A stretch of DNA of 64,000 nucleotides from Candidatus Algichlamydia australiensis (GCA_033977065.1 JAXCHI010000002.1:64001-128000), one strand, 5' to 3'. Shown: positions 1 to 10,800, numbered from the stretch's first letter. Program-made: numbers and translations. Notes: generated by a model from the sequence alone, not told the origin.

Positions 1-169
1 GATCTTTACTCTTCATTTTACGCAGAGTAAAGTGATGGATGTACCCTCCGCTATCCATGGGAATATACTTACAGAGGTCGTTTTCTTTATTACCTCCAAC
101 TTTTTTAATTGCTTTTGCAATTACATCTTCTAATTCGGCGAGCGTTTTCGCTTTTTGATTTTGGCTCAT
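1..169 (-). CDS. Conserved chlamydial protein, CT066/DdbA-like DNA-binding protein (5' part; runs off the window)
   Basis: Manual translation MSQNQKAKTLAELEDVIAKAIKKVGGNKENDLCKYIPMDSGGYIHHFTLRKMKSKD resembles chlamydial CT066 (KVGG.KENDLC.Y.P...GGY.HHFTL.KMK, from memory). It lies next to the ytg operon as in Chlamydia. Confidence 0.75.
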   Translation of the reverse strand, partial: MSQNQKAKTLAELEDVIAKAIKKVGGNKENDLCKYIPMDSGGYIHHFTLRKMKSKD

Positions 170-442
170 CTGTACCTTCCTTATAAAAAATAGTTTTGCG
201 AACCGTGCGGTTGTTAATAATAACTTGTTTTGCCTATATCGCGAATTAAAGTCAAAAAAATTCCATTTTTTGCTATTAAGTTGCTAGTTTATTCGTTCTT
301 ATTTTAGAAATATCGATGTAATAATAATTCTTGTACAGAGTGGCCCTGTTCGTTTTATGATAAATCAAGTAAATAGATTGTCACAATAGTAAAATAGAAT
401 AAAATTTCTGAAGAACTTACAAAAAAGTCTTTTTATGAGATA

Positions 443-1465
443 ATGGTTCTCTGTATGCAAACCCAAATAAAAAACATAATTGCGGTTGCGGCTTGTAAAG
501 GTGGGGTGGGAAAGTCGATGCTGACGGTCAATCTTGCCTTGGCTTGTCGCGAACTTGGTCTCAAAGTGGGTATAGTTGATGCCGACCTTCACGGCCCTTC
601 CATTCCTCGAATGATAACGGAAGAGAGCCCCCCGAAAAAGCAGGGAGAATTTATCGTTCCTGCCAAGGGTTTTGGGATCTCTTATATCTCTTTAAGCCAC
701 CTGCATCAGGGGGCTGCTTTGATGCGTGCGCCCATTGCGCGAAACTGGCTAGAAATATTTTCAAAGAGTGTTCTTTGGGGAGATCTTGATCTGCTGCTTA
801 TTGATTTCCCTCCCGGTACAGGAGATATCCCTCTTACTTTAGCTCAAGAGATGAAACTAACAGGCGCCCTTCTCATTACAACGCCGCAGTTAATTGCTGT
901 TCAAGATGTTTCAAAATGCGCGCAAATGTTTCGTGCAATGAATACTCCTTTGCTTGGGGTTGTAGAAAATATGAGTTACTTAGCGGATGCGCCTTCTCAA
1001 AAACCTTTTGGTGAAGGGGGAGGAGAGCAGCTTGCAAGCGCGTATAAGATCGATCTGCTAGCGAAAATACCTCTGGATTCGAAGATTGCCCAAAGCGCAG
1101 ATCGAGGAATCTCCCTCTTTTCACAGGGAGCAGGGCAAAACTTTTTTGCATTAGCCGAGCTCTTTTTGCAAAAAGTAGAGGGGAGTAGCCCGCTTGTTTT
1201 AAAGGAGTATGCGCAAAATGAGAAAGGCGTCTTTGTGCATTTTTCCGATGGGAAAAGTGGGGTGATTGCGTTAAAGAAATTGCAAAAGAGCTGTCCCTGT
1301 GTTCGCTGTCGAGAAGCACGGGTTACTGCCTCACCTCTTCGAGTGGATGCAAGTGTGCGTTTACGCGAATTACAGCCTGTTGGCTCCTACGCTTTTCGCT
1401 GCTATTTTACTTCAGGATGCTCTCAAGGTATCTATCCTCACCGTTTACTCCGGGAGCTAATATGA
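443..1465 (+). CDS. mrp: Mrp/ApbC/NBP35 Fe-S cluster carrier ATPase with C-terminal DUF971-like domain
   Basis: KGGVGKS deviant Walker A, DADLHGPS, WGDLDLLLIDFPPGTGD and GVVENMS motifs; C-terminal CPCVRC...PVGSYA...GIYP. The start could be 455. Confidence 0.9.
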   Translation: MVLCMQTQIKNIIAVAACKGGVGKSMLTVNLALACRELGLKVGIVDADLHGPSIPRMITEESPPKKQGEFIVPAKGFGISYISLSHLHQGAALMRAPIARNWLEIFSKSVLWGDLDLLLIDFPPGTGDIPLTLAQEMKLTGALLITTPQLIAVQDVSKCAQMFRAMNTPLLGVVENMSYLADAPSQKPFGEGGGEQLASAYKIDLLAKIPLDSKIAQSADRGISLFSQGAGQNFFALAELFLQKVEGSSPLVLKEYAQNEKGVFVHFSDGKSGVIALKKLQKSCPCVRCREARVTASPLRVDASVRLRELQPVGSYAFRCYFTSGCSQGIYPHRLLRELI

Positions 1466-2391
1466 AAAGAGTTTTTTCTATTTTTTTCTTGCTTCTCTTC
1501 GCTTGTTCCTCTCCAAATCAGATGCAGTGGGATGAAGGAAGTGGAAAAATCAAGGTGCTCTGCACTACTGCAATGATCGGGGACTTGGTACAGCAAGTGG
1601 GAGGTGATCGGGTTGAAACTCTTGTTTTAATTCAGGGAGAAATTGATCCGCATAGTTATGAGCTTGTAAAAGGGGATGGTGAAAAACTGCAAAGAGCTGA
1701 CCTTATTTTTTATAACGGGCTGGGTTTGGAGCATGGTGCCTCGCTTGCTTCACTGCTTCAAGAAAGCGCTCACGCATACAATTTAGGAGCGACGCTACCT
1801 CAAGAAAAGCTTTTGCGTGTAGAGGGGGCTGTCGATCCGCACATCTGGATGGATGTTGCGCTCTTTTCTCTTCTTATCGATCCCATTGCCGAAACTCTAG
1901 CAGAGGAAAATAGGGAGTATAGCCAGGAATTCTCTACCCGCGCTAAAGAAGTTAAGAAAAAACTCACAGCTTTGGATCAAAATCTTTGCGCTATGATTCA
2001 TACGATTCCTGAAGAGCAGCGCTACCTTGTGACAAGTCACGACGCATTTAACTATTTTGCAAGGCGCTATCTTGCAACTGAAAAAGAGCAACTTGAAGGA
2101 GGGTGGCAGAAACGTTTTGCTGCACCTGAAGGTTTAGCTCCTGATGGGCAGCTCTCCTCACGGCATATCGAGGAGATTGTAGAGCACTTAAAAAAAGTTC
2201 GTGTGCGTACGCTTTTCCCCGAGTCCAATGTTTCCCGCGACTCAATTCAAAAAATTGTCAGTGTTTGCAAAAGTGCAGGCCTTGATGTAAAAATTGCTTC
2301 CCAAGTACTTTACGGCGACTCGATGGGTGAAGGAAGCTATGAAAAGATGATGGAGCATAATGCACAAGCCATTGAGCAAATTTCCCATTGA
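1462..2391 (+). CDS. ytgA: Metal (Fe/Mn/Zn) ABC transporter substrate-binding lipoprotein
   Basis: Lipobox LFAC, DPHSYE, YNGLGLE, DPHIWMD and SHDAFNYF. ATGA overlap with mrp. Confidence 0.92.
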   Translation: MKRVFSIFFLLLFACSSPNQMQWDEGSGKIKVLCTTAMIGDLVQQVGGDRVETLVLIQGEIDPHSYELVKGDGEKLQRADLIFYNGLGLEHGASLASLLQESAHAYNLGATLPQEKLLRVEGAVDPHIWMDVALFSLLIDPIAETLAEENREYSQEFSTRAKEVKKKLTALDQNLCAMIHTIPEEQRYLVTSHDAFNYFARRYLATEKEQLEGGWQKRFAAPEGLAPDGQLSSRHIEEIVEHLKKVRVRTLFPESNVSRDSIQKIVSVCKSAGLDVKIASQVLYGDSMGEGSYEKMMEHNAQAIEQISH

Positions 2392-3121
2392 TGTAGAGGG
2401 ACTCTCAGTAAGTTTTGATGGACGCCCCATCTTATGGGAGCTCGATTTCTCTATTGAAGCGGGGAGTATTACAGCTATTGTGGGTCCCAACGGAGCTGGG
2501 AAGAGTACGCTATTACGCGCGCTACTCGGCCTTGTCCGGATTGATAAAGGAAAAATTGCAATACAGAAAAATGTGGCTTTTGTTCCGCAGCGCTGCGAAA
2601 TTGATTGGGACTTTCCTATTACTGCATTTGATGTCGTTTTGATGGGGCGCTATGGCAAGTTGGGACCACTACGCTGGCCTCGCAGAGCTGACAAGGAAGC
2701 GGCACTTAGCATGATGCGTCGCCTTGGGATTGAAAACTTAGCTTCCCGCCAAATTCGCAAGCTCTCAGGGGGACAGCAGCAGCGTCTTTTCATTGCACGG
2801 GCGCTTTTGCAGAGTAGCGATCTGATCATCTTAGATGAGCCTTTTGCAGGAATTGATATGGCAACAGAAAAGAGTTTGATTGCGCTTTTTAATGAATTAA
2901 AAAGTGAAGGCAAGACTCTGCTTCTTGTTCATCACGATCTCTCTACAGCCAAGGAGTATTTTGACCAAATTCTTCTCCTCAACCGGCGTATCATTGCTAA
3001 AGGCCCTCCTAATCAGGTATTGACAGCAGAAAATCTGCAGCGCTGTTACCAAATTCACGGCTCTCTGCTTGAAGAGGTTGCAAAACTCTCTAAAGAGACG
3101 GCACGAGGCCTTTCCAAATGA
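2360..3121 (+). CDS. ytgB: Metal ABC transporter ATP-binding protein
   Basis: GPNGAGKST, LSGGQQQR and ILDEPFAGID motifs. Confidence 0.93.
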   Translation: MHKPLSKFPIDVEGLSVSFDGRPILWELDFSIEAGSITAIVGPNGAGKSTLLRALLGLVRIDKGKIAIQKNVAFVPQRCEIDWDFPITAFDVVLMGRYGKLGPLRWPRRADKEAALSMMRRLGIENLASRQIRKLSGGQQQRLFIARALLQSSDLIILDEPFAGIDMATEKSLIALFNELKSEGKTLLLVHHDLSTAKEYFDQILLLNRRIIAKGPPNQVLTAENLQRCYQIHGSLLEEVAKLSKETARGLSK

Positions 3122-4380
3122 TTTTTTTCGATCCCATCACTCGCGGACCACTTATTGGTTCGATGTTGATGACGCTATCTAGTGCGTTGATTGGAGTCTT
3201 TTTGCTCATTCGCAAACGCTCGCTTGTGGGCGAAGCTCTTTCGCACGCAGCCTATCCCGGTGTTGTGATTGCTGCCTTTTTCTTTTCAACAAATGACCTA
3301 GGAAAAACGTTTTTGATTTTAGGTGGTGCGCTTCTTTTTACGCTTCTTGCTATGAGCTTTATGGATATGTTAAAGCGCTTTCGCTTTCATGAAGATGCAG
3401 TGTTAACTCTCACCCTCTCCACGTTTTTGGGTGTCGGAATTCTTATTGCTTCTCGCCTGCAATTTATCAACCCTCTTGCCTATTCACAGATTGGGCAATT
3501 TCTTTATGGTCAAGTCGCAACGATGCGCGACTTCCATATTTTGCTCTACGGAGCTCTCACAGCTCTTGTCGCTCTCTTTGTAACTCTTTTTTACCACCCT
3601 TTGCGGCTGCTTCACTTTAACCCTTCTTATGCTCAAGTTTTGGGTGTTAAGCAGAAATTTTTAGAGAGAGTGCTGAAATTGCTAACGGCTCTCTCTATTG
3701 TAATTGGAATACGGACTGTTGGCGTCGTGCTGATGTCAGGGATGCTCATTGCTCCTGCCATTGCGGCTAGAAGTCTTTCGCATCGACTCTCAAAGATGCT
3801 TTTCATTGCCGCTGGAGTTGGTCTTACTAGTGGATTTTTAGGGAATTACCTCTCCACAAAAGTGGTTGCAGTCTATCTCCCCATCGGCCCTATGATTCTG
3901 CTTGTGGCCGCGGCAATTGCTCTGCTTGCGCTTTTCTTTTCACCTGAGAGAGGTTTATTCGTGCGTGCAATTCGTATTTTTCTTTTTCATAAGCGCCGAA
4001 CAGAAGAAAATATTTTAAAGTTTATTTGGAAAAGTGAAGGGGAGGTAACGCTTTCAAAATTGCGTGAGTTTCTGCCCTTACCGCGGATTCTATTGATTTT
4101 GGAACTGCGCGCGCTGATCTACCAAGGTTTTTTAGAAAAGAGAGACCAATATCGCTTTACGGCTGATGGAAAAAAGAGAGCTGCCCGCATTGTGCGATTG
4201 CACAGACTTTGGGAGCTCTACCTCTTCCATCAGCATCGTGTAAGCCCTGAAAAAGTGCATACAAGTGCCAATGAGATGGAGCATATCATTACACCTGAGG
4301 TAGAAAAACGACTGGATGATCTTCTTGGATCACCTGAAAAGGATCCGCACAATAAACCGATTCCAAAGGGGGAGGGCTAG
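3118..4380 (+). CDS. ytgC: Metal ABC permease fused to a DtxR-family iron-dependent repressor (YtgC-YtgR)
   Basis: Permease N-terminus (GEALSHAAYPG) plus C-terminal RIVRLHRLWELYL...ANEMEHII...DPHNKPIP DtxR signature, the known chlamydial fusion. Confidence 0.9.
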   Translation: MIFFDPITRGPLIGSMLMTLSSALIGVFLLIRKRSLVGEALSHAAYPGVVIAAFFFSTNDLGKTFLILGGALLFTLLAMSFMDMLKRFRFHEDAVLTLTLSTFLGVGILIASRLQFINPLAYSQIGQFLYGQVATMRDFHILLYGALTALVALFVTLFYHPLRLLHFNPSYAQVLGVKQKFLERVLKLLTALSIVIGIRTVGVVLMSGMLIAPAIAARSLSHRLSKMLFIAAGVGLTSGFLGNYLSTKVVAVYLPIGPMILLVAAAIALLALFFSPERGLFVRAIRIFLFHKRRTEENILKFIWKSEGEVTLSKLREFLPLPRILLILELRALIYQGFLEKRDQYRFTADGKKRAARIVRLHRLWELYLFHQHRVSPEKVHTSANEMEHIITPEVEKRLDDLLGSPEKDPHNKPIPKGEG

Positions 4381-5292
4381 TTGTACCAGCACTGCAATTT
4401 TTTTACTTTTATCACGCTCTTTTTTCAGCGCTTCTGGCTTTTCTGTTTAGGTCGTCTGCCGCTCTCTGAACTGGCTAGTGATGAAATACAAATTGGAATT
4501 TTGGCTCTTCTTGGCATTACTGCTTCTCTACTTGGAACTTTTTTGATTTTGCGACGCATGACAATGCTGGCAAACTCTCTCTCGCACACGATCCTGCTTG
4601 GGGTAGTGATTGCCTACTTGCTCTTTGGATTTACTATGGACTTGAAAGTGATGGGGGCAGCTGCTCTGATTAGCGCCCTCTTAACAGCTCTTTTTACGGA
4701 AGGGCTTACCAAACTCTTTCGTTTACATGAGGATGCGAGCATCGGTCTTGTGTTTTCTACTCTCTTTGCACTTGGGATTGTTTTGATCACCACCATGACC
4801 CGCAACGCCCACATCAGCAGCGAGATTATCATGGGAAATCTTGACGCAGTTAAACTTTCTGATTTAAAGTTAACAGCAATGATCTTTGCAATGAACACGG
4901 GTGCGCTCCTTCTCTGTTTTCGCGGCTATGCGATCAGCTCCTTTGATGGTGTCTTTGCTAAGCAGATTGGTCTCTCACCGAGGCTCTTCCATTATCTGTT
5001 GATGGTACAAACGGCCCTGACTTCGATTGCAGCCTTTCGTGCGGTGGGAGTGGTGCTTGTTCTTGCGCTATTTGTGGGGCCGCCACTCATCGCCAGACTA
5101 TTTGCCAAACGTTTGAAGTCGATGTTACTACTGAGTTCCCTGCTCTCTCTTATTTTTGCTATTTTCTCAGTTGCACTTTCACGCCACTTTTTGCGCTCGC
5201 ATGCAATCGCTCTTTCCACAGCAGGACTTACCGCAACTCTAATCTTAGTCGGGTTTGTTATCTCTTTGGTTCCTAAGTGGAGACAGGCATGA
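4381..5292 (+). CDS. ytgD: Metal ABC transporter permease
   Basis: ANSLSHTILLG and EDASIGLVFSTLFALG motifs; hydrophobic; TTG start directly after ytgC. Confidence 0.88.
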   Translation: MYQHCNFFTFITLFFQRFWLFCLGRLPLSELASDEIQIGILALLGITASLLGTFLILRRMTMLANSLSHTILLGVVIAYLLFGFTMDLKVMGAAALISALLTALFTEGLTKLFRLHEDASIGLVFSTLFALGIVLITTMTRNAHISSEIIMGNLDAVKLSDLKLTAMIFAMNTGALLLCFRGYAISSFDGVFAKQIGLSPRLFHYLLMVQTALTSIAAFRAVGVVLVLALFVGPPLIARLFAKRLKSMLLLSSLLSLIFAIFSVALSRHFLRSHAIALSTAGLTATLILVGFVISLVPKWRQA

Positions 5293-6350
5293 GAAAAATT
5301 GCTATTTTGGGTTCTACGGGGTCGATTGGTTGCCGCACGCTTGATGTAATCGATCACTTAGGAGGATTTGAGGTGCAAGCGCTCACGTGTCACTCCAATT
5401 ATCAGCTGTTAGCAGAACAGGCGGCAAAATATAAGCCGAAATTGCAGACGCAAGACTTAATTGAAATTGTAACCTCTGATCAAGTCGATGAAGTGGTGAT
5501 TGCCATTATGGGCGCAGCTGCGATCGCGCCTACACTTGCAGCAATTCGTGCGCGAAAGCGCGTGATGATTGCTACAAAAGAAGTTCTTGTTATGGCAGGG
5601 GATCTTGTAATGCGTGAGGCTAAGGAGCATGGCGTAGAGCTAATCCCAATTGATAGCGAGCACAGTTCGCTTTTTTCTATGTTGCGAGATCTTCCCGCTA
5701 ATGAGATTGAAAAATTGATTCTCACTGCCTCTGGCGGCCCTTTTTTTAAGCATTCACAAGAGGATTTGGCAAATATCACAATTGCTGATGCGCTCAACCA
5801 CCCGCGCTGGAAGATGGGATCTAAAATTACCATTGATAGCTCAACAATGATGAATAAAGGGCTAGAGATAATTGAGGCGCATCACCTCTTTTCGATCCCA
5901 AAAGAGAAGATTGAGGTTGTTATCCATCCGCAGAGCTATATTCACGCTATCGTGCAACTCACAGATGGAACGATGCTTGCCCATATTGGTCCTACCGATA
6001 TGGCTCTCCCTATTCAATACGCATTGACCCACCCTAAACGGCAAAAGAGCTTTCTCTCTCCACTTAATCTTGCAGAGGTAGGAAAATTTGAGTTTTATTC
6101 CCCCGATATGCGAAAATTTCCCTGTCTTGCCCTAGCAATAGAGGCGCTCAAAAAGGGGGGTAGTCTGCCTTGCTTTATGAATGCAGCCAATGAGAAGCTT
6201 GTAAGCCGATTTTTAAAAGGCGAAATTAGTTGGCAGGAGATTGGAGTGCGTTTGAAAAACTTAATGTCACAAAATTCTTTAATCATAGATCCTGATTTAG
6301 ATCAGCTGATCAAAACAGACCGCAAAGCAAGAGAGCTCGCAGCGTTATGA
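5289..6350 (+). CDS. dxr: 1-deoxy-D-xylulose-5-phosphate reductoisomerase
   Basis: ILGSTGSIG, PIDSEHS, LTASGGPF, HPRWKMGSKITIDSSTMMNKGLE and NAANE motifs. Confidence 0.96.
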   Translation: MRKIAILGSTGSIGCRTLDVIDHLGGFEVQALTCHSNYQLLAEQAAKYKPKLQTQDLIEIVTSDQVDEVVIAIMGAAAIAPTLAAIRARKRVMIATKEVLVMAGDLVMREAKEHGVELIPIDSEHSSLFSMLRDLPANEIEKLILTASGGPFFKHSQEDLANITIADALNHPRWKMGSKITIDSSTMMNKGLEIIEAHHLFSIPKEKIEVVIHPQSYIHAIVQLTDGTMLAHIGPTDMALPIQYALTHPKRQKSFLSPLNLAEVGKFEFYSPDMRKFPCLALAIEALKKGGSLPCFMNAANEKLVSRFLKGEISWQEIGVRLKNLMSQNSLIIDPDLDQLIKTDRKARELAAL

Positions 6351-8089
6351 CCATTATTACCATCTTACTCGCCGCACTTGGCCTTACTTTTTTAATCTTT
6401 ATCCACGAACTTGGTCACTACATTGTGGCAAAGCGCGAGGGAATGAAGGTAGAAGTATTTAGTATCGGGTTTGGGCCCGCGTTTTATCACTTTGAACGCA
6501 AAGGCGTGCGCTGGCAATTTTGCTACATCTTGATTGGGGGATACGTCAAAGTTAGCGGTATGGAGAGAGAGGGCAAGAAAGAGCCCTATGAAATCAAAGA
6601 TGGATTTTATAGCAAATCTCCCTGGGCTCGTATCAAGATGGCGGCGATGGGGCCAATTGTCAATATTGTTTTTGCACTTCTTGCCTTCACTTTTATCTGG
6701 GCAGCAGGTGGACGTTCCAAATCTTTTTCAGAGTTCACGCATCTACTTGGCTGGGTAAAGAGAGAGAGCCCTGCAGATCAAGCGGGTGTGCGAGCAGGCG
6801 ATCGCATTATCTCTTTAAATGATAAACCCTACATTGGCAGGCAAGATCTTCTCTATGCTTCCGTGATAGAGGAGCCTGATGTCACTGTAAAGGCCGATCA
6901 TATCGACTATTTTCAGGGAGCTACAGAAACTCCTTACACCACAACTTTTGCAAAAGGTGAAGAGGAGCTAAGTGTTGCCTTTATGATGGGCGCAGCTGAC
7001 CTCATTCGTTTTGAAGAGGCCAAAACGCCATCTCTTATGGGAAGTGGGATTGAAAAAGGAGATCGTATTCTCTGGATTGACAATCAGCTCGTCTTTTCTG
7101 TTGCGGAGCTTTTAAAAAATATTTCAGAAAACAAAGCACTTTTGACCATTGAAAGGCGGGGCAGCTACCTTTTAAAACGCGTTCCACGCATGCCTCTTCG
7201 CGAAGTGAAGCTTTCTAGAGGTCAACAGGGAGAGCTTGATGATTGGCAACACTCTTTAGGATTGCGCGCTGCTGTTGGTGATCTGCGATTTATTCCTTAC
7301 GCCTTGTCGAGCAGTGGCGTGGTGGAGAGCAACCTCACATTTTTAGATGATGATTTTCAAGAGGTACAAGATGAGAGCTTGCAGCCAAATGATCGCATCA
7401 TTGCAGTTGATGGAGAGATGGTCTCTTCAGGGGCCCAAATTTTAAAGCGGTTGCAGAAACGTTACGTACAGCTCATTGTTCAGCATGGACAGAGCGATGA
7501 TCCAATTCCTGTTACAAAAGCAGATGATTACTTTATTAACAGCGTAAACTGGGGGGCCATTCCTCAGATTGTCTCCACAATTGGGTTGCCATATCCGAAA
7601 AAAGAGGTAGGAGATATTGCACTTTTAAAGCCGATCGAGCTAACGACGGTTGAAGAGAGCACACGACCTGTAATGGGAGCGCTCTTTGCTGAGCAGAGAG
7701 TTCTCTATAATCCAACCCCAATTAAAATGTTTAGTGACGTATGTTCTGATACCTACCGTACGTTGGGGGCTCTTGTAACAGGCTATCTTAAACCCAAATA
7801 TCTCTCGGGACCTGTCGGGATAGTGCGTGTCATTCAGCATAGTATTCACGTCGGTTGGAAGGAGGCACTCTATTTCTTAGGTTTTATTAGCCTTAACTTG
7901 GGAATATTCAATTTGCTCCCTATCCCTGTTCTTGATGGAGGGCACATCGTTTTTTCTATCATCGAATCGATACGTAAAAAACCGATGAAAGCCAAGACTA
8001 TGGAGAGGCTCATTATTCCTTTTATTGTGCTAGTGCTTCTCTTTTTCATCTTTGTAACTTACCAAGATATTACTAGGATCTTCCAATGA
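6347..8089 (+). CDS. rseP: RseP/M50 site-2 zinc metalloprotease with PDZ domains
   Basis: IHELGH, FSIGFGP and FNLLPIPVLDGGH motifs. Confidence 0.94.
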   Translation: MTIITILLAALGLTFLIFIHELGHYIVAKREGMKVEVFSIGFGPAFYHFERKGVRWQFCYILIGGYVKVSGMEREGKKEPYEIKDGFYSKSPWARIKMAAMGPIVNIVFALLAFTFIWAAGGRSKSFSEFTHLLGWVKRESPADQAGVRAGDRIISLNDKPYIGRQDLLYASVIEEPDVTVKADHIDYFQGATETPYTTTFAKGEEELSVAFMMGAADLIRFEEAKTPSLMGSGIEKGDRILWIDNQLVFSVAELLKNISENKALLTIERRGSYLLKRVPRMPLREVKLSRGQQGELDDWQHSLGLRAAVGDLRFIPYALSSSGVVESNLTFLDDDFQEVQDESLQPNDRIIAVDGEMVSSGAQILKRLQKRYVQLIVQHGQSDDPIPVTKADDYFINSVNWGAIPQIVSTIGLPYPKKEVGDIALLKPIELTTVEESTRPVMGALFAEQRVLYNPTPIKMFSDVCSDTYRTLGALVTGYLKPKYLSGPVGIVRVIQHSIHVGWKEALYFLGFISLNLGIFNLLPIPVLDGGHIVFSIIESIRKKPMKAKTMERLIIPFIVLVLLFFIFVTYQDITRIFQ

Positions 8090-10800
8090 AAAAATTGCTG
8101 CTGCTCCTCTTTCCTCTCATCCTGTCAGCAAGTTTACAGATAGACCGAGAAATTATTGCCGGGCAGCTTGAGAATGGGTTGACCTACTACATCAAAAGAA
8201 ACGAGCTTCCCCAAGAACGCGCCTACCTAAAGCTCTACGTTGATGTCGGCTATTTTGACGGAACAGAGGATGAAGTTGGTATAGCGCATCTGCTTGAGCA
8301 CCTCGCTTTGATTCAGACAGAGGACTACGCAGACTATGAAATTGTGAAATTTTTAAATTCTATTGGAGCCCCGCTTGGACCCGATTCGAATGCGCATACA
8401 AGTTTCTATGAAACGCAGTATAAACTTGATATTCCTCTCAAGAAGAAGGGGATTCTTGTTGAGGCGATCTCCCTGCTTAGCGGTATTGCTGGGAGAGCAA
8501 AATTTACAGAAGCTGTTTTAGAAAAAGAGAAAGAGGTTGTTCAAGTCGAACTCGGCCAAAGAAACTCGCATGAGTGGCGCTCCTTTGTGAAATTTCTGCG
8601 CTGGCAGAGCGATGATCAGCTCTGCTATGATGAATCGTCAAGATGTGTTGCTGCAGCAACAGTCGACTCTGTTCGCGATTTTTACAAGCGCTACTACAGG
8701 CCCGACAGAATGGCACTTTTTATTGTGGGGTCGGTGGAACCAGAGGAAGTAGAAGAGATTGTAAAAGAAAAATTTTCATCTCTTGAAAACAGCAAACTTC
8801 AGATTGAAAAACGAGAACCGATCGAGATAGATTCGGGTAAAAGCGAGACCTCTTATGTACATAAAGATGTTGGGAAAAATCGTTTTTCAATTGGAGGATG
8901 GGTTCCTAGTAGCCAAATGCAAGCAGAGGAAGATGTCAAACAAGATCTTTGTCTAGATCTTTTTTTAAGCCTCCTAAATGAGCGCTTCTCTCATCTAATT
9001 GCAGAAGAGGGAGCACCAATATTAAATGCGGGAGCCGATTTTGAGTTGCTGCCTCGCCAAAAAAAACACATCTTTTCTCTCGACTTTACTCCTTTTGAAA
9101 AAAGAGAAGAGGAGGCGTTTACCCAACTTGTTCCCACTTTACAAGCAGCCCTCCAGGGAGAGTTTGGTAAAGAGTCTTTTTTACGACACTGCGCTACAAA
9201 AAAAGATTATGTTGAGAGCGTTTATAAAAACCTTCACAGAAGAAAAAATCGGAGAATTGCTGACCATCTCAGTAGTTCTTTTGCGAAAGGCGAAGCGCCG
9301 ATTGACTCTGCTAGCTTCCTTCAACTAAAAAGAGAGATTTTAGAGGGACTCTCCTATGAGGAATTTCAAAAAACGATAAGAGAAGAGTTTTCCAACTTTT
9401 CTCCATGGATCTCATACTTTGGAGCAACTGAAATAGATCTTAATCCTTTAAGTGCCGTTTTGACTAAACCTTGGTCAGGTGAGAGTCTTGCAGAAATTAA
9501 ACAGAAAGAACTTTATGTCTCTCCACAAGCTGAAGGTGAGATAGCTGTTCAAAGTCTTTATTTAAGTAATGGTATGGAAGTTATCTTAAGAAAAACAGAC
9601 TTTGAAAAAGATCAGCTGCATCTTTTGGGATACGCAAAAGGGGGACAACTATCGCTGCCATCTGAATACTACAATGCATCAAAAATTGCTTTGGATTATC
9701 AAGTCGAAGCGGGGTTTGGAGGGTTGAAAAAACTTGAGTTTCGAAACTTTCTTGATCAGAAAAAAGTAGGCTGCGAGCTCTCTTTAGATAAAAATTTACG
9801 TACTTTCCAGGCAGTCTCTTTTTGCGGTCAGCATGAGGCTCTTTTTCAACTTGTGCACGCACTCTTTACAAACCACAATTCAAGCAAAAGTGCTTTTGAA
9901 AACAGGGTAGCTGCGTGGCGTGAAGTTCAAGAGCATGAGCGTAATAAACCCAACCTAATCGTGACCCAGGCGCTCCATGAGCAACTTTTTAACAAGCATC
10001 CACTCTTTGAAGAGATTGATCTGGGGCGAGTCACAAAAGAGGATTGTGAAAAAGTTTTTACACATGCATTTAGCAACCCATCAGAGTTCACCCTTATCAT
10101 TACGGGGGATTTTGATATGGAACAAATGAAGAGACATGTCAGAAACTATCTTGCAACGATCCCACTAAGAAAGCTCTTTTTCTCCTTTTCTCAAGTAGAA
10201 GAGTTATCGCACTCTTCAGCAGTAGAGAAAAAAACGCTATACGTTGGGGAAGAGGAGACCGCAACGACCTTTTTTCATATTCCTCTACCTGCTTTTACAA
10301 AGGAAGAGAGGATCCCTCCCCATTTCTTTCAGCGATTGATCTCAGACGGGCTGTTTGAAATACTGCGCCACCAATTGGGCGTGAGCTACACCCCTGTCGC
10401 AAGAATCGTAGAACCGCTTTATCCCTCGCGTAGTTGCCGCCGGCTCCTTCTTATTGTGACCACAACGCCTGAGCTTGCTAGCCAACACCTTCCTTTGATA
10501 GAAGAAGTTTTTGAGCATATGCGAGCAACACCCCCTACAGAAGAGATAGTTGAGGGGGTAAAGGAGGAGATCCGCCATAGTATAAAACGATCCCTTGAGA
10601 CATCCAATGGCTGGATTAATAGCCTTCTTCAAACGCACTTTGAAAATCGCAGTTACCAAGAAATTGGTGACATGACCTATCTAGATGAAGTGACAGCAGA
10701 GAGGGTTCATCAAGCAATTACAAAAATTTTAGACTATCAAGATGCAGCTTCACTTACATGGATGCCGGCATCCTATCAAGGTGAAGAGGAGGCAATTTAA
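8086..10800 (+). CDS. M16 family (PqqL-like) zinc protease with signal peptide
   Basis: GQLENGLTYYI, inverted zinc motif AHLLEH, NAHTSFYETQY and YYRPDRMALFIVG; second half LSNGMEV. Confidence 0.88.
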   Translation: MKKLLLLLFPLILSASLQIDREIIAGQLENGLTYYIKRNELPQERAYLKLYVDVGYFDGTEDEVGIAHLLEHLALIQTEDYADYEIVKFLNSIGAPLGPDSNAHTSFYETQYKLDIPLKKKGILVEAISLLSGIAGRAKFTEAVLEKEKEVVQVELGQRNSHEWRSFVKFLRWQSDDQLCYDESSRCVAAATVDSVRDFYKRYYRPDRMALFIVGSVEPEEVEEIVKEKFSSLENSKLQIEKREPIEIDSGKSETSYVHKDVGKNRFSIGGWVPSSQMQAEEDVKQDLCLDLFLSLLNERFSHLIAEEGAPILNAGADFELLPRQKKHIFSLDFTPFEKREEEAFTQLVPTLQAALQGEFGKESFLRHCATKKDYVESVYKNLHRRKNRRIADHLSSSFAKGEAPIDSASFLQLKREILEGLSYEEFQKTIREEFSNFSPWISYFGATEIDLNPLSAVLTKPWSGESLAEIKQKELYVSPQAEGEIAVQSLYLSNGMEVILRKTDFEKDQLHLLGYAKGGQLSLPSEYYNASKIALDYQVEAGFGGLKKLEFRNFLDQKKVGCELSLDKNLRTFQAVSFCGQHEALFQLVHALFTNHNSSKSAFENRVAAWREVQEHERNKPNLIVTQALHEQLFNKHPLFEEIDLGRVTKEDCEKVFTHAFSNPSEFTLIITGDFDMEQMKRHVRNYLATIPLRKLFFSFSQVEELSHSSAVEKKTLYVGEEETATTFFHIPLPAFTKEERIPPHFFQRLISDGLFEILRHQLGVSYTPVARIVEPLYPSRSCRRLLLIVTTTPELASQHLPLIEEVFEHMRATPPTEEIVEGVKEEIRHSIKRSLETSNGWINSLLQTHFENRSYQEIGDMTYLDEVTAERVHQAITKILDYQDAASLTWMPASYQGEEEAI

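Noticed and set aside
3118..4380. Permease-repressor fusion as a novelty
   Set aside because: Already described as YtgC-YtgR in Chlamydia.
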